A stretch of DNA of 64,000 bases. Source: an uncultured Clostridia bacterium (GTDB taxonomy: Bacteria > Bacillota > Clostridia > Christensenellales > UBA1242). The position numbers and the translations under genes are program-made. The notes beneath the pieces are model-generated. The model searched no databases and was not told the DNA's origin. It was given only the letters and a program-made list of their open reading frames with translations. Of this stretch, positions 48,634-57,183 are shown one piece after another. Position 1 is the first letter of the stretch, and each line of letters opens with the position of its first letter. The stretch covers positions 198,226 to 262,225 of the forward strand of contig CALWQM010000015.1 in NCBI GenBank assembly GCA_944383685.1, read 5' to 3'.

Positions 48634-49824
48634 CTATATTGTGAAAACTTTTGTTTCATTTTGATTTTCTGTGAAATTTGTGTAATTAATTGTTATCTTG
48701 TCGCCACTTTCCAGTGAGTAAATAATTTCAAATAAATCATCTCGTTTTTCTATGATGTAAGACCTTCCATTGGTAAGCACGCTTGTGATAAGACTATTAG
48801 ATGCAATTGTGGTGCCATTATAGTTTAAATCTTCCACAAGATAATAACCATTCATTCCGTCACTATAAGCACTTTCAACTTCTTTTGGAATTTCAAACCA
48901 TTTCCCATCAAAATATATTGATTTTGTTTTTGAAGAGTTATCAAGTGCATAATTATAATAGCATTCAAGTTCATACATGTCGAAGCCCTTAAAACTATTT
49001 ACAAAATCACTTTTAAACACCTCTCCATTTAATGATATAATTTTATCAAGCACATTGTCAATCAATTCAACACTTATGGCAAAATATAACGGATGAGTTA
49101 AACCCAAAACATTATAAGCTTTGGCATAAGTAAGTCCAATTAAGTTGCCTTTCTTATCAAAAAGTGCCCATTGAGAAGTTTCATCCCCACCATCAATGGT
49201 GTAATAAACAGAATTTTCACTGATATAGTCAACAACATCTAAACCATCAACCTCATAAGTTGTGTTGAAAGCATAATCATATTTAACAACTTCATTGACA
49301 TTCGTTATATTATTTTCTTCAAGTGGATTCCCTATTGCAATGTAAGTTGAATTAAAGATGGGTTTATTCATTGTGCCAACCTTGACATATGGTAATGAAA
49401 GGTTTTCTGCATTTATTTTTATTATTGCAAGGTTGAAATTTTCTTCATCAAAAACACATGTTCCGCTGTAAATTTCACCATTTTTCCTGTATAAAAGATA
49501 GGTTTCACCTTCTTCAACATTACTTGCAAGAGTTAGAACATAACCGCGTTCATCCAAATTTATTCCGTAATAACCAGTTTCATTTGAGTTGTTCACTTCT
49601 CGAATGTCAAAAGATGCGTCAACATACATTTCACCAACACTTTCATTAGACATCAAATTCCAAACTTTAAGCTTTGAAGAAATATCATTTGGCTTTCCAA
49701 AATAAAAATACATGGCAACAGAAAAATAGCAGAGTAAAACTGCTAAAAGCAACAGGCCTATAACAGAAAAAACTTTCCATACACCACTTTTCTTTGCCAT
49801 GATTTTCCTTTTAAATTTATACAA
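48634..49824 (-). CDS. membrane-anchored HtrA/S1C-like protein with an incomplete catalytic triad plus a PDZ-like C-terminus
   Basis: N-terminal TM anchor. The AIGNP anchor motif is present. The His box reads GYVLTLASNV, the Asp box NLAIIKI, and the GNSGG box ETSQW. GAGGAGG RBS; stop lies 20 nt before the MreB-like start. Confidence 0.45.
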   Translation of the reverse strand: MYKFKRKIMAKKSGVWKVFSVIGLLLLAVLLCYFSVAMYFYFGKPNDISSKLKVWNLMSNESVGEMYVDASFDIREVNNSNETGYYGINLDERGYVLTLASNVEEGETYLLYRKNGEIYSGTCVFDEENFNLAIIKINAENLSLPYVKVGTMNKPIFNSTYIAIGNPLEENNITNVNEVVKYDYAFNTTYEVDGLDVVDYISENSVYYTIDGGDETSQWALFDKKGNLIGLTYAKAYNVLGLTHPLYFAISVELIDNVLDKIISLNGEVFKSDFVNSFKGFDMYELECYYNYALDNSSKTKSIYFDGKWFEIPKEVESAYSDGMNGYYLVEDLNYNGTTIASNSLITSVLTNGRSYIIEKRDDLFEIIYSLESGDKITINYTNFTENQNETKVFTI

Positions 49825-49875
49825 TAATTAAAGAAAATAAACTTAATTTCTTAATTTTCTATTTTTTATTATGCC

Positions 49876-49916
49876 ACTAAAAAATAAAACATGTCAACAA
49901 AACTTGCTGACATGTT
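49876..49916 (-). terminator. terminator after the Ppx-like gene
   Basis: AACATGTCA-loop-TGACATGTT followed by TTTATTTTTT on the minus strand. Confidence 0.7.
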
Positions 49917-49920
49917 AATT

Positions 49921-51402
49921 TTAAATTATTTGTAAACTTTTCTTGAATGTCTTTTTAAAATCATCTGCAAGTTTCATACTTTGCATAATTTCAAATGATG
50001 GGTCACTCTTTACCATAGTTTTCATTATGATTGAGTCACCTAAAATGTCACATACAATATCAGTTATAACATTTTTTCTTGATGCATTTAAGTTTACTGC
50101 AAGTTTCACCAAAACCCCAAGTTTTCTTATTGCATCAACATCCTCATCATTTAAAATTTCTTTATATTTCATAATTTCAGCTAAATTGAAATTATCTAAG
50201 TTTTGACACATACAAGCAAGTCCTGCAATTAAAATTTCCTTTTGGCTTGCACCAACAATGTTTGAATTTAAAATTGTGTAATAACCATGTTTTTCATAGT
50301 TTTTAAAATCGATAAATTTTCCACAATCAAACATATATGATGCAATTTTTAAAGACTTAACATAAGTTCTTGGAAGTTTATGCACAACTTTGAGTTGTTT
50401 GAAAAGAAGAATTGCCATGTTGTAAACGCTTGAATTGATTGATAAACCCTCTTTTTTAAACTCATAATAATTATCAAGACTATTTAAGAGTAAATCACTA
50501 TATTTTTCAACAGGTGAACCAACCAAATTTTCTAAAATGCGTCCTTCCATGCAATCTGCATCTGTAACAATAAGTTCTTCTGTTCCAAAAACTTCAAAAA
50601 TTGCCTTGATAATTGCAAGTCCACCCCTTAAACTGTCTGATCCTTCACTGCTTAAACCTTTAACTTTCTTGATTTTTTCAACATCTAAACCTTTTGCAAA
50701 TTCAATCACTTTTTCGCAAGCAGAATTTGAAAGGGCAAAGTTATTATCAATATCAATTGGATATCTTAAAAGTTTTTTTGCAATACGGGCAATATCAACA
50801 AAAGGAGTTCCCGCACCAACCAAACTTTCATCTTCAAAAGTTTTAACAACAGGACTATCTTTCATTTCCTTTTTAACCATGTTAACCAAGTTATCAAATT
50901 TCTCACCATTTTCAGAAAGGTTAATAAAGCCATAAGGCAAAACTGTGTAATCAACAACATTTCTTCTGTTATACTTGAAAAGGTATGTGTGATAGCCAGA
51001 AATATAAACCCCTGCACCCTTTGAACTGTCGATTTTGGTGACAACTGCTTGATAAATATCACGAATGACATCTTCATCATTAGCCAAAACAAAATTCATG
51101 CCAGTGTGGGTGTAAATTTCATCCAAAAGACCGCGATAATTTCTTGCTTTAACAATGATATTTGATGCAAAAGCAATCATTTTTGTTGCCCCAAAAGTTT
51201 CGATTGTATATCTGTAAATTCCCAAAATTTTCAAGATGTCAGCTCTTGACTTAGGAGAAAACAAACAATCTTTTGTGATATCATTTGTCAAATCATATTG
51301 ATTAATTACATCTTCAAGAATCCTGTATCTTCCAGCACGGCTTTGAATGATTTTTAATTCAATTTTTCTTTCAGTAAGTTGAATGAAAGCAATATTTTCC
51401 AT
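49921..51402 (-). CDS. Ppx/GppA-family plus HD-domain-like protein with degenerate active-site motifs
   Basis: The length (493 aa) and collinear layout fit Firmicute Ppx/GppA-HD proteins. DxGSNS reads QLTERK, DIGGGSTE reads YISGYHTY, and the HD dyad reads FD (ASYMFDCGK). Confidence 0.55.
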   Translation of the reverse strand: MENIAFIQLTERKIELKIIQSRAGRYRILEDVINQYDLTNDITKDCLFSPKSRADILKILGIYRYTIETFGATKMIAFASNIIVKARNYRGLLDEIYTHTGMNFVLANDEDVIRDIYQAVVTKIDSSKGAGVYISGYHTYLFKYNRRNVVDYTVLPYGFINLSENGEKFDNLVNMVKKEMKDSPVVKTFEDESLVGAGTPFVDIARIAKKLLRYPIDIDNNFALSNSACEKVIEFAKGLDVEKIKKVKGLSSEGSDSLRGGLAIIKAIFEVFGTEELIVTDADCMEGRILENLVGSPVEKYSDLLLNSLDNYYEFKKEGLSINSSVYNMAILLFKQLKVVHKLPRTYVKSLKIASYMFDCGKFIDFKNYEKHGYYTILNSNIVGASQKEILIAGLACMCQNLDNFNLAEIMKYKEILNDEDVDAIRKLGVLVKLAVNLNASRKNVITDIVCDILGDSIIMKTMVKSDPSFEIMQSMKLADDFKKTFKKSLQII

Positions 51403-51418
51403 AAAATCCTCTCTTAGT

Positions 51419-51589
51419 TTATTTGCTTAAATCTATTGCACTAACTGGGCAACTTGCTTGACAAGAACCACAATGAATGCATTTTGCTTTGTCTATTTGT
51501 GCTTTACCATCTTTATCAAAAGAAATTGCACCAACTGGACATATTGCAACACAAGTTCCGCATCCAATACATTTATTTTTATCTACCAT
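51419..51589 (-). CDS. 2x[4Fe-4S] ferredoxin
   Basis: Two CxxCxxCxxxCP motifs (CIGCGTCVAICP, CIHCGSCQASCP). Start at MVDKNK with an AAGGAGG RBS; the track ORF extends to 51607. Confidence 0.85.
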   Translation of the reverse strand: MVDKNKCIGCGTCVAICPVGAISFDKDGKAQIDKAKCIHCGSCQASCPVSAIDLSK

Positions 51590-51702
51590 AAAATGCCTCC
51601 TTAGCAAATCTCATGATAAATATATCACAAAAAAGAGAATTTGTAAAGTTATTTTTAGATAATATTTCCTTAAACCCGCTTAAAATAGCAACTTTCGCTT
51701 GC

Positions 51703-52119
51703 TTATTTCTTTGCCTTATCCTTGCTCTTTTCACATTTATTTTTCGTTTTATCTTCATCTTTTTTAAAGACCTTGATAAATTCAATAACTGCAAGCACAC
51801 AAAGGAAAACTCCAAAAATCATTTTAAGAATTTTGGAAGGAATAAGGCTCATTGCAAAAGCCCCTAAAATTGAAAATACAACCCCTGCAACAATGATATA
51901 TGCAATATGTTTTGTGACAATATATCCGTTTTTATAATGGATAATCATGGAAAAAATCGCCATAACCAAAAAACTTAAAAGATTTATTCCTTGGCTCAAT
52001 TTTTGGTCGAAATTAAGAAAAATGGTAAGTATGGGAATAAGAAGGGTTCCGCCACCCATTCCAAGTCCTCCAAACACACCAGAAACAAGCCCCGCTAAAA
52101 CATATAAAACATAAATCAT
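51703..52119 (-). CDS. half-size TSUP (TauE/SafE) family membrane protein, 4 TM
   Basis: GGLGMGGGTLLIPIL motif in TM1, four TM helices, its own AAGGAGAG RBS and a Lys-rich C-terminal tail. Confidence 0.7.
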   Translation of the reverse strand: MIYVLYVLAGLVSGVFGGLGMGGGTLLIPILTIFLNFDQKLSQGINLLSFLVMAIFSMIIHYKNGYIVTKHIAYIIVAGVVFSILGAFAMSLIPSKILKMIFGVFLCVLAVIEFIKVFKKDEDKTKNKCEKSKDKAKK

Positions 52120-52170
52120 TTTCTCTCCTTAAATCTTGTTTTGCTGCCTAAACTTTTGATTTCAAATCTT

Positions 52171-52611
52171 TCAAATTATCAATCTAATTCCCCCAATAAG
52201 CATGATTATTGCAAAGATAACCCTTATAACTTTACCTGGCAAAAGTTTCAATGCGTATGCTCCAAGGACACCGCCAAGCACAACCCCTAACCCAACCGTT
52301 AGAAATGGAATTGTTTCAAGGTTTCCAGATAATATGTAAATTATTGCGCTAATGAAAGAAATAGGGAAAATAACCACGATTGCTGTCGCATGAGAATATT
52401 TGTTTGAAAGATGAAGCACATTTTCTAATAATGGAACACAAATCATTCCACCGCCCCCACCAAAAAAACCGTTAATGAAACCAATAAGTGCCCCGCAAAG
52501 AATAAGAACTATCTTTTGTTTTGCACTTAGTTTGTCAGCATTAACACATGAAAATGTCTCTTTTTTCAACAAAATTTGTTTATCCATAACATTATTATTG
52601 ATAATTTTCAA
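52171..52611 (-). CDS. half-size TSUP (TauE/SafE) family membrane protein, 4 TM
   Basis: GFFGGGGGMICVPLL motif in TM1 and four TM helices. Lies 51 nt upstream of its partner gene. Confidence 0.7.
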   Translation of the reverse strand: MKIINNNVMDKQILLKKETFSCVNADKLSAKQKIVLILCGALIGFINGFFGGGGGMICVPLLENVLHLSNKYSHATAIVVIFPISFISAIIYILSGNLETIPFLTVGLGVVLGGVLGAYALKLLPGKVIRVIFAIIMLIGGIRLII

Positions 52612-52619
52612 GAAAATAT

Positions 52620-52648
52620 TTGATTTTATAGGATAAATGTATTATAAT
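52620..52648 (+). promoter_or_regulatory. near-consensus sigma-A promoter of the 1352-aa gene
   Basis: TTGATT (52620-52625) - 17 nt - TATAAT (52643-52648); AGGTGG RBS at 52671-52676. Confidence 0.55.
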
Positions 52649-52679
52649 ATAAAAGTTAAATTTAATATACAGGTGGTTT

Positions 52680-55600
52680 ATGAGAAAACTTAAATTAATC
52701 AATGCAAAATTCTTTTTATTCGTTTTGGCACTTTTGTTGCCAGTTACTATCACTGGGATAGTTGGAACTTTCTTTAAAAGCTATGCATTTGCTGAGGATG
52801 AATCAACATCTTCTTCAACAACCTATTATAAAAATTATGTTGAATCTGTTTCCCTCACAAACAAAAACTTTAATTCCAGCACAATCACATCAATAAGTCA
52901 AAATCCTTCTGGCTGGACAAAGCAAATTTCGGACAGCAAAACTACCGCAGGCATCATCAATGTTGGAAATAATTTTGATAATTACAAAAACTCAACTTAC
53001 TATCTTTCAGTTAATCCATCTTCAAAAGCAAACGACAATCAAATTCTTATGATTAACTCCAAAACAAGTAAGGACCAAAGACAGATGTCAAGAGAAGGTT
53101 ATGCTTCAAATTCTGTAACACTCAGTGCAAACTCTTTCTATTCCTTCCAAGTTTCCTTTAAAAGTGACACAAACTATAAAGAAAACACAACCTATGTTGA
53201 AAGAGGAAATGTTGACAACGAAGTTACAATTTATCAATCAAACTTCAACAGCGCAAAATTTGGTGAATATGTTTCAATGACATACAGAAGCTCAACCTAC
53301 TATGCTAAAAAGGAACTTTCTTCACAAGGTCCTTTAAGTGGAGAAACCACTTCAACTGGCGCTTTCTATAATGATGGCGAATATGTTGGCTTCCTTTATG
53401 AAAATGGTGATGATACCACCCCAATCTATGTTTCAACAAATGATATTAAAAACATAATTGTTTCTGGTTCAACTGAACTTTTCACAAACCCTGATGAACC
53501 TGACAACACAACAACATTAGGTGAAGATGCAACAATACTTCCTGCAAATTTTGAAGAATATGATGAAGATTATTTAAAATTCAATTATAACGGTGTTGAT
53601 TACTATGTTGATAAAAGTGATGTAAACTACACATTTAACGCAAGCGCTGAATATTCAACATGTCCAATCACCTTCCAACCTAATGGTTCAAGCACAACAA
53701 GCGGAACTTATAAACTTAGTTCTGGTGCAAGTTACTTCTCTCAATCAGTTGATTATGAAAGTTATAATGAATATGGTGTTGGCTCAATATACTTAAAAGG
53801 CTTAACAGACGAAAATGGCGATGAAGTTGACTTGTCTTATGAAAAAGTTTCTTCAACTGAATGGACAACCTTTTACTTCTTTGTTGCAACAGGTGATAAA
53901 GAACAAACCGTAAACTTAGAACTCTGGCTTGGAAGTGACACTTTTAATGATAACAGCACTGGTGTGGTTTTCTTTGATGATGTTGTCATTAACCAATACA
54001 GTGAAAACACTTTCTATGACACTTATTTAAAATACAAAAACGATAAATTCTATAACCAAGTTTCAAGCGAAACAAAAACTTCTTCCGTAAAATTTAAACA
54101 ATTAATTGAAAATGACTATGTTGAAATTGTTGACCATAACCTTGACTTTGAAGATGACAACTCTGTCACCGCCCTTAAAGGCTGGACAAAGAATGGTAAT
54201 GGCTCAGCTCAAATCATTTACTTAGAGTCAAAAGAAGGTTTTGAAGCAACAACAGGATATTCATATGTTGGCTCCAACCTTAAAGTTTCAGCAGACTTTG
54301 ACGAAGACGGCAATGTAAAGACAGTCTATAAAAATGAAAAAGCTCTTGCTCTTTGGGCAGATAATGGATATGTTGAAGCAACCTCAAAACCAATAGATAT
54401 CAAAGCACATGGTTTGTATAAAATTTCAGCATATTACAAAATTGCAGAACTTGACGGCACAATTTACCTTAAAGTTAATGAAACAGAGTATGTTCTTGAT
54501 GCAAACAATTTAACAGAAGACACCTACACTCTTTCAAATGGCAGTTCAAGTGCAACAGCAAATGCAGATAACAAATTCGTAAATAACTACGGCAAAATTG
54601 AAATTTACGTTAAAGGCTCTAACCTATATAACTCACAAGTGAACATCACTTTGGCAGTTGGTTCAAGCGAAGAAGCCGCAACAGGTTGTGTTGTTTTTGA
54701 TGATATCACAGTTGAAAATGTTTCCTACACAGAATACACAGAAGCAGAACACACTGTTGAACTCAACGCAATATCTGGTGAACCAACCATCACAAATGGA
54801 TATTTCAATGTAACTGAAAACACTGATTTCACCTATCCACTTACCCCTTCTGGCTGGACAATCGAAAAAAATGAGGGCTTAACTTTTGGTGGTGTTATCA
54901 ACACAAAGGACAGCGAATATAAATTCTATAAAGAACAATATGAACTTAATAAAGACTTAGCTGAGAAAAATCCATATCTTTGGGCACAATTCCCAAATCC
55001 AATGAACGTTGACGGCACAACAACTTATTCAAACAACATTTTAATGCTTGCAAATTATAATTCTAACTATCAAAATGTTACATCCCCTACATTCACACTT
55101 AACGCAAATTCTTACTATAAATTAACCTTTGACTTCAAAACACTTTCAACTGAACTTGGAAAAACAGCAAGATTTAACTTAGGCTTATATAATGAAGATG
55201 GCGTTCTCCTTTATGAAGAAAAGGACATTTCAAGCACAGATTGGAAACAATACACAGTTTATTTTGAAACATTCAAAGGCGCTGAAAGCGTTTATGCAAA
55301 AATAGACTTTGGAACAGAAGATAATTTGATTGTTGGTTATGCATACTTTGACAACTTTGAACTTGCAACAATTGAAAGTGCAGATTTTGAAACAATTAAG
55401 GAAAATAAAGACAATAATGTTGTGGATATGACTGATTACTATGTCAACCTCCCAACAACAGAAGTTACTGATAACATCAAAGATTTCAAATCAGATGCAT
55501 ACCAAACATCAGCAAACACAGACGATAGCTTTGGCGGAATTGTGGAAGACGGTTATTTTGAAAACGATTTATACTTTAAATTAGATAAAGAAACAACCGA

Positions 55601-56738
55601 CCCTGTTAAAGTTTTCATGATGCAAAATAATACCCCTGGCACCTACTCAATTCAAAGTGTTTTCAAATTTGACTTAACAAGTGGAAATTATTATAAATTA
55701 ACTTTCAAACTTAAAACAAAGATTGTTTATAAAGATGATGGAAACAGTGTTACAGATGATGACTTTGATATAAATAATCAAAACTATGGTGTTTCTGTTG
55801 GCCTCACAGGTTTTGATTACATGACAAATCTTAATTCAACAGATGAATATAATGAGTACACACTTTATATCCACGCAACAGAAGATGCAAATGCGAACCT
55901 TTATATGGCTTTTGTAAGTGACCACTATTTGACAACTGGAACTGCCGTATTATATGATATCAACTTTGAAGAATTATCAGCTGATGATGACTCTTCCGCA
56001 GAAGAATTTAACAATGCCAAAGACCTTATGGATGAAGATGGTTATGACATCAATGAAGACAGAGTCTTTGCAACAGAAACAGCAAGTGACGAAGAAGATG
56101 GAGACGACACAACCGACGAAGACACAACTGACGACACAACAAATAATGATGAATTCACCTGGCTCCTTTTAACTTCAACATTAATCACAGCTCTTGCAAT
56201 TATAATTGCTGTTGTTGGCTGGTCATTAAGAAAAGTTAAAATCAAGAAGATTGAAACAAAACGTAAAGAAACTTATGACAGAAAGGGTAGCTTGCATAAA
56301 GATGTTATAAGACAAGAAGCTGAACAAGAAAGAGCACAACAAGTTAAAGAACTTGAAGAAGACATCAAAAAGTTTGAAACTGAACTTGAATCTCTTGAAA
56401 AAGAACATAAAGAAAAAGTTGTTAAACTTAGAAAAGAAGATAAGAAAGAAATTTCAAAATCAACTGAAAAAGAATTTAAGTTGTTTGCTCAAAAGAGAAC
56501 AGTTATTGCTGAAAAACTTGATATCTTGAAACATCAACTTGAAAATGTTAAATCGCCTGAACATTTGCTTGCACTTGAAAGAAAGAAATATGCTGAAAAT
56601 GAAGCAAAACAAAAAGAACTTCAAAAAGCTTCAAAAAAGGCAAATAAAGAAGACAACAAGAAAGTTGAAAGCACAGATAAAGAAAAAGGCAAGAAAACAA
56701 AAAAAGATGATGCCAAGAAAGAAAACAAGAAAAAATAA
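52680..56738 (+). CDS. giant type-I membrane protein: four CBM-like (galactose-binding-like jelly-roll) modules, acidic linker, TM helix, cytoplasmic Lys/Glu coiled coil
   Basis: Signal peptide ...SYAFA/EDE. The four modules carry an N.xF...P.GWT entry (clear in modules 1-3, weak in 4), a (L/I)xAxxxY(K/S)(L/I/F)(T/S/Q) strand, and all end in an F/Y-D-D/N strand (VVFFDDVVIN ~53970, CVVFDDITVEN ~54695, YAYFDNFELA ~55345, AVLYDINFEEL ~55950). TM WLLLTSTLITALAIIIAVVGWSL at about 56160-56225. Confidence 0.7.
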   Translation: MRKLKLINAKFFLFVLALLLPVTITGIVGTFFKSYAFAEDESTSSSTTYYKNYVESVSLTNKNFNSSTITSISQNPSGWTKQISDSKTTAGIINVGNNFDNYKNSTYYLSVNPSSKANDNQILMINSKTSKDQRQMSREGYASNSVTLSANSFYSFQVSFKSDTNYKENTTYVERGNVDNEVTIYQSNFNSAKFGEYVSMTYRSSTYYAKKELSSQGPLSGETTSTGAFYNDGEYVGFLYENGDDTTPIYVSTNDIKNIIVSGSTELFTNPDEPDNTTTLGEDATILPANFEEYDEDYLKFNYNGVDYYVDKSDVNYTFNASAEYSTCPITFQPNGSSTTSGTYKLSSGASYFSQSVDYESYNEYGVGSIYLKGLTDENGDEVDLSYEKVSSTEWTTFYFFVATGDKEQTVNLELWLGSDTFNDNSTGVVFFDDVVINQYSENTFYDTYLKYKNDKFYNQVSSETKTSSVKFKQLIENDYVEIVDHNLDFEDDNSVTALKGWTKNGNGSAQIIYLESKEGFEATTGYSYVGSNLKVSADFDEDGNVKTVYKNEKALALWADNGYVEATSKPIDIKAHGLYKISAYYKIAELDGTIYLKVNETEYVLDANNLTEDTYTLSNGSSSATANADNKFVNNYGKIEIYVKGSNLYNSQVNITLAVGSSEEAATGCVVFDDITVENVSYTEYTEAEHTVELNAISGEPTITNGYFNVTENTDFTYPLTPSGWTIEKNEGLTFGGVINTKDSEYKFYKEQYELNKDLAEKNPYLWAQFPNPMNVDGTTTYSNNILMLANYNSNYQNVTSPTFTLNANSYYKLTFDFKTLSTELGKTARFNLGLYNEDGVLLYEEKDISSTDWKQYTVYFETFKGAESVYAKIDFGTEDNLIVGYAYFDNFELATIESADFETIKENKDNNVVDMTDYYVNLPTTEVTDNIKDFKSDAYQTSANTDDSFGGIVEDGYFENDLYFKLDKETTDPVKVFMMQNNTPGTYSIQSVFKFDLTSGNYYKLTFKLKTKIVYKDDGNSVTDDDFDINNQNYGVSVGLTGFDYMTNLNSTDEYNEYTLYIHATEDANANLYMAFVSDHYLTTGTAVLYDINFEELSADDDSSAEEFNNAKDLMDEDGYDINEDRVFATETASDEEDGDDTTDEDTTDDTTNNDEFTWLLLTSTLITALAIIIAVVGWSLRKVKIKKIETKRKETYDRKGSLHKDVIRQEAEQERAQQVKELEEDIKKFETELESLEKEHKEKVVKLRKEDKKEISKSTEKEFKLFAQKRTVIAEKLDILKHQLENVKSPEHLLALERKKYAENEAKQKELQKASKKANKEDNKKVESTDKEKGKKTKKDDAKKENKKK

Positions 56739-56743
56739 ATAAA

Positions 56744-56772
56744 AAAGAAGTGAAAATTCACTTCTTTTTTTA
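56744..56772 (+). terminator. rho-independent terminator
   Basis: GAAGTGA-AAAT-TCACTTC followed by T7. Confidence 0.8.
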
Positions 56773-56780
56773 TTTGTATA

Positions 56781-56819
56781 ATAAAAATAAAGAACACTAA
56801 AAAAATTTTAGTGTTCTTT
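56781..56819 (-). terminator. terminator of the 74-aa membrane protein gene
   Basis: 14-bp stem AAAGAACACTAAAA / TTTTAGTGTTCTTT followed by a T-rich tract on the minus strand. Confidence 0.6.
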
Positions 56820-56841
56820 ATTTGAGTTTGAGGCCCTTATC

Positions 56842-57066
56842 TTAGCAATCAATCAAGCGCCAAATTTTGCCGTTAACAATCATAAGGACAAGGTCAACAA
56901 TCCAAATGATGTTCCAGCCAAGAAGAATACGAACAATGGCAGCAACAATTTTGCCTTCTGCAATTCTTGTAACAAAGCCCAAAATGAAAGCCGTTACAGG
57001 AATAATTGCCAAAATGATGCTAAGCACTCTGTTCCAACCAAAATAGTCTCTTCCTACTTTTGCCAT
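56842..57066 (-). CDS. small two-TM membrane protein, unknown family
   Basis: 74 aa with a strong GGAGGAAG RBS, two hydrophobic helices and its own terminator. Confidence 0.55.
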   Translation of the reverse strand: MAKVGRDYFGWNRVLSIILAIIPVTAFILGFVTRIAEGKIVAAIVRILLGWNIIWIVDLVLMIVNGKIWRLIDC

Positions 57067-57183
57067 ACAAAACTTCCTCCTTGTAATTATAATAACATTA
57101 TTTTTTAATTTTTGTAAAACAAAATGATAAAATAATTAAATTTGTTTCATTTTAATTTAGTTTATCAAAATTTGTTGAAAACA

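Noticed and set aside
50537-50935. 132-aa plus-strand ORF inside the Ppx-like gene
   Set aside because: It is an antisense shadow ORF with Ser/Leu/Pro/Phe-rich low complexity and no start context.
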